19,605 bases of DNA from Candidatus Eiseniibacteriota bacterium (GTDB taxonomy: Bacteria; Eisenbacteria; RBG-16-71-46). The stretch is from assembly GCA_031364845.1 (NCBI GenBank), contig JANLWX010000012.1, forward strand, positions 1 through 19,605, read 5' to 3'. Under the pieces are notes generated by a model that made no database searches, was not told the origin of the DNA, and saw only the letters and a program-made list of their open reading frames with translations. Positions 7,988-16,680 of this stretch are shown in pieces (position 1 is the first letter of the stretch; each line of letters opens with the position of its first letter). The translations under genes were made by a program, and so were the position numbers.

Positions 7988-8824
7988 ATGATCGAGCAGC
8001 TTCCGTTTCTCATCTGGCCGCTGCTCGGGCTCTTGTGCATAGCCGCGATTCACGTCTACCTCGGACTTCACGTGGTCGAGCGTGGCGTGATCTTCGTGGA
8101 CCTGTCGCTCGCGCAGATGGCGGTGCTGGGTGCCGCGATCGCGTCACTGTGGGGATTCGAGCCGCACGATCCCGCGACGTTCGGCTTCTCGCTGGCGTTC
8201 ACGGTGATCGGGGCGACCGTGTTTTCGATGACGCGCACCGAAAAGTCGCGCGTGCCGCAGGAGGCGATCATCGGCATCGTGTACGCGGTGGCGGCGGCGG
8301 CGACCGTGCTGATCCTCAACAACGCCCCGCATGGGGCCGAGCACATCCGCGACGTGCTGGTCGGCCAGTTGCTCGCGGTCGAAGCGAAGGATGTGCTGCG
8401 GCTTGCGGTGATCTACGCGGTGCTCGGCGCGCTCCACCTGTGGTGGGCGAAGCGCCTGCTGCTGGTCTCGCGCGATCCGGTAGCCGCGAAGGCGCAGGGC
8501 CTGCGCGTCAAGCTGTGGGATTTTCTGTTCTACCTGACGTTCGGATTGACCGTGGCCGTGTCGGTCGAGCTGGGCGGCGTGCTGGTCGTGTTCAGCTACC
8601 TGATCGTTCCGAGCGTGTGCGCGATGCTGCTCGCCGACAGCGTTCGCGCGCGGCTCGTGATCGGCTGGACCATCGCGGCGATCGGGAGTGCCCTCGGAAT
8701 GCTGGTGTCGGTGTGGCTGAGCGCGCCTCCGGGTGCGAGCGTGGTGTGTGCATTCGGTGCGCTGCTGATCGTTACGGCGCTGGTGCGTCCGCGCGTGAGC
8801 GCGGCAACGGCCGGGCCCGCCTGA
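7988..8824 (+). CDS. Metal ABC transporter permease (ABC-3, ZnuB/MntB-like)
   Basis: Multi-TM protein with LGLHVVERGVIFVDLSLAQ, EAIIGIVY, SRDPVAAKAQG and GGVLVVFSYLIVPS. SD GGAGG at 7977-7981. Confidence 0.92.
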   Translation: MIEQLPFLIWPLLGLLCIAAIHVYLGLHVVERGVIFVDLSLAQMAVLGAAIASLWGFEPHDPATFGFSLAFTVIGATVFSMTRTEKSRVPQEAIIGIVYAVAAAATVLILNNAPHGAEHIRDVLVGQLLAVEAKDVLRLAVIYAVLGALHLWWAKRLLLVSRDPVAAKAQGLRVKLWDFLFYLTFGLTVAVSVELGGVLVVFSYLIVPSVCAMLLADSVRARLVIGWTIAAIGSALGMLVSVWLSAPPGASVVCAFGALLIVTALVRPRVSAATAGPA

Positions 8825-8893
8825 TCGCCGGCGGTGGAGACTGTCTCGGGTTCGGCGATCGCGGCGGCGATCCTGTAGGATCGCGGTCGCCGC
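8823..8893. other. Two adjacent GC-rich stem-loops after the permease
   Basis: GATCGCCG (8823-8830)/CGGCGATC (8853-8860) and GCGATCCT (8867-8874)/AGGATCGC (8877-8884), the latter flanked by GCGGCG/CGCCGC. No U-tract. Confidence 0.4.
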
Positions 8894-8939
8894 ATGACCT
8901 CATGGATGAAGTCTCCCTTCGCACGAAGGCAGGGTTGCC

Positions 8940-9725
8940 GTGCGTCGTCTCGACCGCGTTTCGATTGCGAGCCTGGCCGCTCTGGTGATGATGTCGGGTA
9001 CGGCGTCAGGCGCGCCTGTACCTGGCTCGGAGAGCACCAGCTCTCCCGACTCCGCGTCCTACGCCGATCGCATCGCCGAAAACGCGTTCCCGGTCACGCT
9101 CGCCAGTTTCTCGACGACGCTGGCCGGCAGCGTGCCCGGCCGCACGCACAACATCCGTCTTGCATGCCGCGAACTCGACGGAGTCGTGATGGCGCCGGGC
9201 GACGTGCTGTCGTTCAACCGCCGCGTCGGACCGCGCACCGCGGAGCGCGGCTACTGCGATGCGCCGGTGATCCTGCGCGAGAGCCGGCAGCTGCAGCTGG
9301 GTGGGGGCATCTGCCAGGTGGCCTCGACGCTGTTCGTCGCCGGACTGGTGTCCGGGCTCTCGGTCGTCAAGCGCCACCGACACTCGAATCCGGTCGACTA
9401 CATTCCGCTCGGACAGGATGCGACGATCTCGTGGGGCGTGAAAGATCTCCAACTTCGCAACGATCTCGATCAGCCGGTGCGCGTGCACCTCGAAGTGCTG
9501 GGCGCCACACTGACGGCCCGCATCGAGGCGCAGGCGCCGCTGCGAGAGAGCTACGAGTTGTACTCCGACGTGCGCGAATCCGACGATGCGCTTGCGGGCA
9601 CACCGGGCCGCGAGATCGAGCTCTATCGCATCCGCCGCGTCGACGGCGAAGAGCGCGACCGCGAGTTGGTGCATCGCGACGTGTTCCCGATCGCGCGAGT
9701 GCGCGAGCTCGAGGCCGGGCGATGA
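8940..9725 (+). CDS. VanW-domain exported protein
   Basis: Signal peptide, RTHNIRLA, PGDVLSFNRRVGPRTAERGY, GGGICQVASTLF, RHRHS and GQDATIS; short G5-like tail. Confidence 0.9.
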   Translation: MRRLDRVSIASLAALVMMSGTASGAPVPGSESTSSPDSASYADRIAENAFPVTLASFSTTLAGSVPGRTHNIRLACRELDGVVMAPGDVLSFNRRVGPRTAERGYCDAPVILRESRQLQLGGGICQVASTLFVAGLVSGLSVVKRHRHSNPVDYIPLGQDATISWGVKDLQLRNDLDQPVRVHLEVLGATLTARIEAQAPLRESYELYSDVRESDDALAGTPGREIELYRIRRVDGEERDRELVHRDVFPIARVRELEAGR

Positions 9726-10408
9726 GGCAGGCGTTCGTTGCCGGCGTCGCGGCCGTGTTCCTCGCGTGCATGACGTCCGCGCGCGTGCCGGCCGCGATCG
9801 ACGATCCGCTCGAAGCGTTCCGCGCGTTCGCGCGCACGCCCGCGGCGCAGGAGCTGATCGCCGAGGCGCGCGCGGCGATGACCGCGCACTTCGAGGGCGG
9901 CGACGATGGCACGATGGCGGGCGGGCAGACGAGCGACGAATCGATCCCGTGGCCCGCCGCACCCGCTGCCGTCTACGTGAGCCTCGCGAACGGCCGTGCC
10001 ACGCGCGCCTGCGTCGGCAGCGCCGCACCCGGTGGAACGCTGCGGGCCACGGTGCGCGATCTCGCCGTGCAGGTGCTCCATTCGGATCGTCGCCGCCTGC
10101 CGGTGCGCCGCGAGGAACTCGACGGCCTGCGTGTGGTGGTGTCGCTCGCCGGCCCGGGAACGCCGGTCGCCGATCCGATGTCGGTCGCACTCGCGCGCGA
10201 AGGCCTGCTGGTGCGCAGCCCGCTCGGCAGCGTGGCGTTCCTGCCGGGCGAAGCACGCACGGTGACGTATGCGCTGCGCGAGGCGCGCCGCATCGGCGTG
10301 CTCGCGGATGCGCGCGATGCGACGTTCGAGCGATTCGACGTGATCGCGATTTCCGAGCCCTCACCGCGCCGCGAGCGTGCGATGCCGCGCGCGCATGACG
10401 AACCCTGA
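9722..10408 (+). CDS. AMMECR1-domain protein with an N-terminal signal peptide
   Basis: AVYVSL...TRACVGS (compare canonical FVTL...LRGCIG), DRRRLPVRREEL..LRVVVS and EGLLV...FLPGE. ATGA overlap with the vanW stop. Confidence 0.72.
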   Translation: MRQAFVAGVAAVFLACMTSARVPAAIDDPLEAFRAFARTPAAQELIAEARAAMTAHFEGGDDGTMAGGQTSDESIPWPAAPAAVYVSLANGRATRACVGSAAPGGTLRATVRDLAVQVLHSDRRRLPVRREELDGLRVVVSLAGPGTPVADPMSVALAREGLLVRSPLGSVAFLPGEARTVTYALREARRIGVLADARDATFERFDVIAISEPSPRRERAMPRAHDEP

Positions 10409-10454
10409 TTCCCTTGCGAACGTCCGCATGAACCCCTGAGCCCTGGAGCCCCCG

Positions 10455-13400
10455 ATGCCGCAGTCCCGAATCGAGCGATGCCGGTCCCCACATTTCACCG
10501 CCTTCGCGCGCACGCTGCTCCTCGCGTGGGCCGTGCTGGTGGTTCCGTTCGCGTGGTCCGCCCACGCCGAGACCAGCCGCATGAGCGGCCGGGTGATCGA
10601 CTCCGATTCGCAGAAGCCGGTCGCCAACGCCGACGTCGAACTGGCGAATACGTCGGGCGGCCAGGGATTCCATCGTGCGCGCACCAATGCGCGCGGTGAA
10701 TTCGCGATCGAAGGCATCTCATCCGACCGCTACTACACGCTCACCGTCGGTGCGGTGGGCTTCGCCGACTTCGTAATCGGAGGCTGGCAGATTCCGGCCG
10801 CACAGCGCGCGGCGGAGCTCGTGGTCCCGCTCGATCGCGCAGGCGTGCTGGTGGTGCGCGCGCTGCGCACCGACGGCAAGACGCCGGTCGCCAACGCGCG
10901 GGTTCAGTTGCAGAGCGAGCGCGGCTCGACGTGGTGGGAAGGCTACCGCCCGCCGCCCGCGCCGCGCTACACCGACAACGGCGGCTCGGTGCGCTTCGAA
11001 GGTCTGACGGCCGGATTCTGGACCGCGGTCGTCGAAGGCGACGGCCTGCGCACCGCCGAAGCGCGCCGCATCGCGGTGCGCCGCGGCGAGACGACACAGG
11101 CGCCGGTCAAACTCGGAAAGCCGGGATCATTGTCGGGGCTCGTGCGGCTCGCCGACGGCACCGGCGTGCCGGGCGTGACGATCACCGCGCGCGGACCTTC
11201 GGAGCAGGTCGCCACCAGCGGCACCGACGGCACGTTCGCGCTGAGCGATCTCGCGGCCGGAAAGATCCGCATCGAAACGAGTCACGAAGGCTTCGAGCCG
11301 TTCACCGTGCGCGAGCCGGTCGTCGTGCGCGAAGGCGAAGCGCGAGAGATCGCGGCGATCACGCTCAAGCCCAAGCCCGCGGAGTTCGCGTTCGTGCTCG
11401 AGCGCGAGGCGTTCCTGCCGGATGTGGTGCCGAAGCTCGGCCTGCGTTCGTTCCGCACCGGGCCGATCGATCTTGCGCTGTACGTGATTCCGACGTCCGT
11501 GATTCTCAATCCCGCCGGCGACTTCCGCCGCTACGCGTTCACGAACGACTCTACCGGGCTCGTATCGCCCGAGCGCTGGCAGCACGCGCCCGCGGCGGGG
11601 CCGGAGTGGTCGTGGCGCGAAGAGGAGTTGTCGCTGCCGCACGCGCTGCCGCCGGGTGCTTATCTCCTCAAGGGCCGCGCGGGCGCGATCGAGCGGCGCG
11701 TGATCTTCTTCGTCACCGACATGGGATTGCTGGTCAAGCGCTCGGCAACGCAGGTGTGGGTTTCCGCGGCGGCGCTCAAAGGCGGCAAGCCGGTTCCCGG
11801 TGCGAGCGTGTACGTGATCCAAAAGCCGGTGCCGCCCGCGGGCGAAGGCCAGGGCTGGAGCACCGCGATCGCGGAGCCGCGCCGCGATGCCGTGCGCACC
11901 GATGCCGACGGCATCGCGAGCATCACGGATACCGGCAAGGGCGCGCGCCTGCGGATCGTCGCGGTGAGTGAGACGCAGGGACTCGCGGTGGTCGACGCGC
12001 CGATCGCGCCCGCGGCCGAACGGGGCGGAGATCAGAGCTACCTCTACACCGATCGGCCGATCTATCGACCGGGACACGCGCTCCACTGGAAGCTGTTCGC
12101 GCGCAAGGCGACCGCTGCGGGCGGCTGGGCGCTGCCCGATGCCACGGCCGCGACCGTGGTGCTCGAAGCACCCGACGGCACGACGCTCGGCGGTGACGCC
12201 ACACCGCTGTCCGCGCGCGGCTCGTCCGATGGAACGATCACACTGCCCGCCGAGGCGGCGCTCGGCGACTGGACGCTGCGCGCCAGCATCGGCGGTTCGA
12301 CGACGACCGCGACCGTCGCCGTGCAGGACTATCGCAAGCCCGAATTCCAGGTCGAGGTCACCCCGGATCGCGCGGTGTACGTGAACGGCGACGAGGTGCG
12401 CTTCCGGATCGCGGCATCGTATTTCTTCGGCGCTCCGGTGTTCGGGGCCACCGTGCGCTACAACCTGTTCGAAGCGCGCATCGACGCCGCCGGCGACGAT
12501 CCGGACTCTGAGTTCTCGGAAGGCGGCGCGCGCGGATACGGCCGCGTGCTCAAGACCGGGGAGACCCGCACCGATCTCGACGGCCGCGCCGAAGTCTCGC
12601 TGGTGCCGGAACGTGTGCCTTACGACCGCCGCCTCACGCTCGAAGTCGAAGTCGTCGATCCCTCGCAGCGCGTGGTGAACGCGCGCGGTGAAGCGATCAT
12701 GGGCCGCGGACTGTTCACGCTCGCGGTGCATCCGGTCACTGCGGTGGTGGCGATCGGAAGGCCGATGTCGATCGAAGTGACCGCGCGCGATCACGCCGAT
12801 CGCCCGGTGGTGGCCGCGGTGACGGTCGAGATCGATCAGGAGGCGTGGAACCCGCTCGAGCGCCGCTACACGCGCTCGACCCGTCCGCTCGCCTCGCAGG
12901 TCGTCACCACCGACTCGCTCGGCCGCGGCCGCGTGACGCTGACGCCGTCACCGGCGCGTGGCGGGCGGTTGATCCTGCGCGCGCGCGCCGAAGACGCCAA
13001 GGGCAACCGCATCACCGCCGAGTCGTCGGCGTGGGCGCACGATCCGTCGGTGACTTCGTATGCCTATCGCTATCCCGCGCTCGAAGCGTTCGCCGACAAG
13101 GCGCGCTACCGCACCGGCGACACGGCGCGCGTGCTGGTGAACACCGACGTCCGCAACGCGACGGTGCTCGTCACCGTCGAAGGGCGCGATTTGTTCGACC
13201 GGCGCGTGGTGCGCCTGATCGGCAACAGCGCACTGGTCCCTATTCCGATCCGTGCCGAGTGGGCGCCCAATGTGTTCGTGGCGATCCACGTGCGCCGCGG
13301 CATGGAAGTGCACTCACGCACGATCGAGCTTCCGGTCGATGCGATGCGCCACGATCTCAAGATCGAACTCACGCCCGATCGCGAACGCGCGCGGCCCGGC

Positions 13401-15758
13401 GATTCGACGACCGTGCGCGTGCGCACCACCGACGGAAACGGACGGCCGGTCGCGGCCGAAGTGTCGCTCGGGGTGGTCGACGAAGCGATCTACTCCATCC
13501 GCGCCGACGACACGCCCGATCCGCATTCGGTGTTCTACGGCCGCCGCCCGAACTGGGTGACGACGGTGGTCTCGTTTCCGGTGCTCTACTACGGCGGCGT
13601 GAGCAAGGGCGATCGCGATGAAGTGCGCCGCAACTTCCGCGACGTCGCGCACTGGGAACCCGCGATTCTCACGAGTGCCGCGGGGACCGCGAGTGTGGGA
13701 TTTCGCTATCCCGATAACCTCACGACGTGGCGCATGACGAGCCGCGGCGCGACGCTCGACACGCGCGTCGGCAAGGCGGTCGTGAAGACGCTGGTGACCA
13801 AGGACGTCGTCTCGCGCCTCGCGGGCCCGCGGTTCTTCGTCGCAGGCGATCGCGCGAGCCTCGTGTCGGTGGTGACCAACCGCAGCGAAGGGCCGCTCAC
13901 CGGTGTCGAGGAGTCGATCGAAGTCACGGGTGCAGTACTCGAAGGTCCGACGACCGCGAAGACGCAGATCGCAAAACAGGGCGAGTCGCGCAACGAGTGG
14001 CAGGTGCGGATTCCCGAGCCGGCGCGCGATGCGGAGTCGAAGGACGCGGTGTTCACGTTCCGAGCGCGCGCCAAAGCGGATTCGGACGCGCTCGAAGTGC
14101 GCGTGCCGGTGCGGGCGCGTGCCGTGCCGTTGCTCTCGCACGGAGCCGGCGTCGCGCCCGGAGCCAGCTCGACGCTCAACGTTTCGCTTCCTGGCGATCT
14201 CGTGCGCGCCGGCAGCCGGGTGACGATCGACATCGCGCCCTCACCCGCCGCGGTCGCGCTCACGGCCGTGCAGGAGCTGCTCGATTATCCCTACGGCTGC
14301 ACGGAGCAGACGGCGAACGCAATCCTTCCGGCCGCCGCCATGGCTTCGGCGCTGCGGAAGGCTTCGGTCACAGCGCCCGGCTTCGAGAACCCGTCCGCCA
14401 GAATCGCGGCGCATCTTCAGCGGCTCGCCGCCCTGCACAAACCCGACGGCGGATGGGGCTGGTGGCCGGAAGGCGACATGGACCCGTATCTCACCGTGCT
14501 CGCGATCGACGCGATCGCGCGCGCGACGCTCGCCGGCATCGCTCCCGAAGGCACCGACGGTGCGATCGACCCGGCGGTCTACGTGCTGCCGCGCGTGTTC
14601 GCCGAGGTGCGCACGCTCGACGGCGAGGCGTACGTGATCGCGCACCTCGCTTCGATGACGAAGCTCAAGAACGCGAAGGATCGTTTTCCCGGTGTGCGCG
14701 AGCGGCTCGACGAGATGGCGCTCGCGGTGCGCTCGGCGCCCGACCAACTCGGCAACGCCGGGCTGGCACTCGCGACGCGCGCGCATGCCGAACTCGGCAT
14801 GACGGCCGAAGCCGCGATCCTCGCCGACAAGCTGATCGCGCGCGGCGTGAAGAGCGGCGGACTCCATTGGGAAGCCGATCGCGAAGCGTACGATTGGTGG
14901 GGCGACGACATTTCGAACACCGGCCTGGCGCTGGACGCGCTGCTCGCCGTGCGCCCCGACGACCGGCGCGCAACCGAGATCGTGCAGTGGCTGGTGCGCC
15001 ACCGCACCGGTCCCTGGTGGCGCTCGACGCGCGTGTCGGCGCCGGTCGCGGCGGCACTCGCGAACTTCGCGGGTGCGCACGCGTCCGAGATGAAGGCGCA
15101 GGGCCAGGTGCGCGCGGAGTGGAACGGCGCGCGCGTGATCGACGCGACGATCGGCGCCGCCGAGATCTTCGGCCGACCGCTGCGCGCGACCGTCGACGGC
15201 GCGCGACTGCGCGCGGGCGACAACCGGCTCGTGATCACGACCGACGGCGGCATCACCGCCTACTGGTCATGGAACGCGCGCGCGCTGGTGCCGAGCCCGG
15301 GGCCGGTTCAGAAGCCGGGAGTGCTGGCGGTGACGCGCGAGTATCTGCGCGCCGAACGCACGACCGACCGCCGCGGTCGCCCGCGCTGGCTCACGACGCC
15401 GCTCACGCCGACCGACGCGGTGCGCGTCGGTGAAGCGGTGCTGGTGCGGCTCACGCTGCGCGCGACGCGCACCCTGCGGCACCTGATGCTCGAGGATCCG
15501 CGGCTTGCGGGCTTCGAGATCGATCAACTGCTGCCGGACGGCGCTGAGTGGCCCTACGGCACGCACGCCGAAGGCCGCGACGATCGCGCGGTGTTCTTCC
15601 TCGAGAATCTCGCGGAAGGCGAGACGACGGTCGAGTATCTGATCCGCCCCGAGATCGGCGGCCGCTTCATAGCACTTCCCGCGACCGCGAGCGGCATGTA
15701 CGACCCGGACCTGCTCACGCGCAGCGGCGAAGAGCAGCTCACAGTCAAAGGCAGATAG
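10455..15758 (+). CDS. Bacterial alpha-2-macroglobulin with N-terminal carboxypeptidase-regulatory-like repeats
   Basis: YTDRPIYRPG (MG2), YRKPEF, VDEAIY, RRNFRDVAHW, PDNLTTW, thioester YPYGCTEQ (Cys codon 14298-14300), DGGWGWW and C-terminal PATASGMYDP. Confidence 0.95.
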   Translation: MPQSRIERCRSPHFTAFARTLLLAWAVLVVPFAWSAHAETSRMSGRVIDSDSQKPVANADVELANTSGGQGFHRARTNARGEFAIEGISSDRYYTLTVGAVGFADFVIGGWQIPAAQRAAELVVPLDRAGVLVVRALRTDGKTPVANARVQLQSERGSTWWEGYRPPPAPRYTDNGGSVRFEGLTAGFWTAVVEGDGLRTAEARRIAVRRGETTQAPVKLGKPGSLSGLVRLADGTGVPGVTITARGPSEQVATSGTDGTFALSDLAAGKIRIETSHEGFEPFTVREPVVVREGEAREIAAITLKPKPAEFAFVLEREAFLPDVVPKLGLRSFRTGPIDLALYVIPTSVILNPAGDFRRYAFTNDSTGLVSPERWQHAPAAGPEWSWREEELSLPHALPPGAYLLKGRAGAIERRVIFFVTDMGLLVKRSATQVWVSAAALKGGKPVPGASVYVIQKPVPPAGEGQGWSTAIAEPRRDAVRTDADGIASITDTGKGARLRIVAVSETQGLAVVDAPIAPAAERGGDQSYLYTDRPIYRPGHALHWKLFARKATAAGGWALPDATAATVVLEAPDGTTLGGDATPLSARGSSDGTITLPAEAALGDWTLRASIGGSTTTATVAVQDYRKPEFQVEVTPDRAVYVNGDEVRFRIAASYFFGAPVFGATVRYNLFEARIDAAGDDPDSEFSEGGARGYGRVLKTGETRTDLDGRAEVSLVPERVPYDRRLTLEVEVVDPSQRVVNARGEAIMGRGLFTLAVHPVTAVVAIGRPMSIEVTARDHADRPVVAAVTVEIDQEAWNPLERRYTRSTRPLASQVVTTDSLGRGRVTLTPSPARGGRLILRARAEDAKGNRITAESSAWAHDPSVTSYAYRYPALEAFADKARYRTGDTARVLVNTDVRNATVLVTVEGRDLFDRRVVRLIGNSALVPIPIRAEWAPNVFVAIHVRRGMEVHSRTIELPVDAMRHDLKIELTPDRERARPGDSTTVRVRTTDGNGRPVAAEVSLGVVDEAIYSIRADDTPDPHSVFYGRRPNWVTTVVSFPVLYYGGVSKGDRDEVRRNFRDVAHWEPAILTSAAGTASVGFRYPDNLTTWRMTSRGATLDTRVGKAVVKTLVTKDVVSRLAGPRFFVAGDRASLVSVVTNRSEGPLTGVEESIEVTGAVLEGPTTAKTQIAKQGESRNEWQVRIPEPARDAESKDAVFTFRARAKADSDALEVRVPVRARAVPLLSHGAGVAPGASSTLNVSLPGDLVRAGSRVTIDIAPSPAAVALTAVQELLDYPYGCTEQTANAILPAAAMASALRKASVTAPGFENPSARIAAHLQRLAALHKPDGGWGWWPEGDMDPYLTVLAIDAIARATLAGIAPEGTDGAIDPAVYVLPRVFAEVRTLDGEAYVIAHLASMTKLKNAKDRFPGVRERLDEMALAVRSAPDQLGNAGLALATRAHAELGMTAEAAILADKLIARGVKSGGLHWEADREAYDWWGDDISNTGLALDALLAVRPDDRRATEIVQWLVRHRTGPWWRSTRVSAPVAAALANFAGAHASEMKAQGQVRAEWNGARVIDATIGAAEIFGRPLRATVDGARLRAGDNRLVITTDGGITAYWSWNARALVPSPGPVQKPGVLAVTREYLRAERTTDRRGRPRWLTTPLTPTDAVRVGEAVLVRLTLRATRTLRHLMLEDPRLAGFEIDQLLPDGAEWPYGTHAEGRDDRAVFFLENLAEGETTVEYLIRPEIGGRFIALPATASGMYDPDLLTRSGEEQLTVKGR

Positions 15759-15880
15759 CAGGCTGCGGAGAAGCCCGAGTGCAAGGCGCGAGGAAGCGAG
15801 GAGCGAGACGTGATTACAGAATTCTTCGCGTCGACGAGCGCCCGAGCAACGCAGCAATCGGGCTTCTCCGCAGCCTGCTA
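15756..15880. mobile_element. MITE-like 125-bp element with 23-bp perfect terminal inverted repeats
   Basis: TAGCAGGCTGCGGAGAAGCCCGA (15756-15778) is the exact reverse complement of 15858-15880. TA at both ends, non-coding interior. Confidence 0.7.
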
Positions 15881-16498
15881 CGCCGCCTTGATCCGCTCCT
15901 GCGCCGGCATGTTGGCGCGGCGCCACGTCATCCACATGGTGTAGCGGTTCTCGAAGTCGTTGGCCGCGGTCTCCGCGGTCGCCGGCATGAACACGCCCAT
16001 CGGGCGCTCCGTGCAGGCGCGCACGTAGAGATCGAGCAGTCCGCATCCGGTAGACCGCGTGACCGTGTGTCCGGGCGATCCATCGAAACCCGATCCGTTG
16101 AGCGTCGTGAACGTGGTGCGATTGCCTCCGGGATAGCTGCACGTGAACTCGAACCACGATCCGGCGAGCGTGTGATTCCAGATTGCGCAGTGCATCGACT
16201 GCGCGCGGTTCGCGAGCAGCCGTACTTTGGCGTCCGGCATGCCGTCGATCACGAATGTGCCTGCGTCTTCGAATCCTTCGCGGCACAACTGGGCGGCCAT
16301 GTTCGACATGGCTTCGGGAACGAACGAGACGGTTTCGTCGATGCGCATCAGACGCACACGATCGGGCATGCGCGAGACATCCTGATCGTCGAGGTCGAAG
16401 TGGCCTTCGGCCGGTGTTGCGGACGAACGGGTGCGCAGGAACACGTACAGCAGCGCCGAGAACACGGAAGTCGAAGCGAGAATGAGCAGCAGGTTCAT
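15878..16498 (-). CDS. Hypothetical protein with an N-terminal membrane anchor
   Basis: SD GAGGAG, then MNLLLILASTSVFSALLYVFL, then a globular-looking domain with normal codon bias. Confidence 0.7.
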   Translation of the reverse strand: MNLLLILASTSVFSALLYVFLRTRSSATPAEGHFDLDDQDVSRMPDRVRLMRIDETVSFVPEAMSNMAAQLCREGFEDAGTFVIDGMPDAKVRLLANRAQSMHCAIWNHTLAGSWFEFTCSYPGGNRTTFTTLNGSGFDGSPGHTVTRSTGCGLLDLYVRACTERPMGVFMPATAETAANDFENRYTMWMTWRRANMPAQERIKAA

Positions 16499-16641
16499 GG
16501 GCTGGATCTCCTCGACAGGGAGTTGGGCGCCGCGGAATCCTCGAAAGCCGGCCGGAGACCGCGAGCGGGTGATCCTCGGAGTCATCGGCACTCGCGCGCG
16601 GGAGCATGAGGCCGATTCGAAGGCCCCTGACGGTGCCGTGA

Positions 16642-16679
16642 CCGGCGGACCTTCAGCGATGCGGCGTCAGATCCGCCGG
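16642..16679 (-). terminator. Stem-loop immediately after the stop of the 16681-17790 gene
   Basis: CCGGCGGA (16642-16649)/TCCGCCGG (16672-16679). No U-tract, so termination is uncertain. Confidence 0.3.
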
Positions 16680-16680
16680 G

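Noticed and set aside
8894..9721. 504-aa ORF overlapping vanW
   Set aside because: Arg-rich off-frame translation. The real gene starts at the ATGA overlap (9722).
11127..15433. Long alternative-frame and antisense ORFs within the A2M gene
   Set aside because: Expected stop-codon scarcity in high-GC coding DNA; no motifs.
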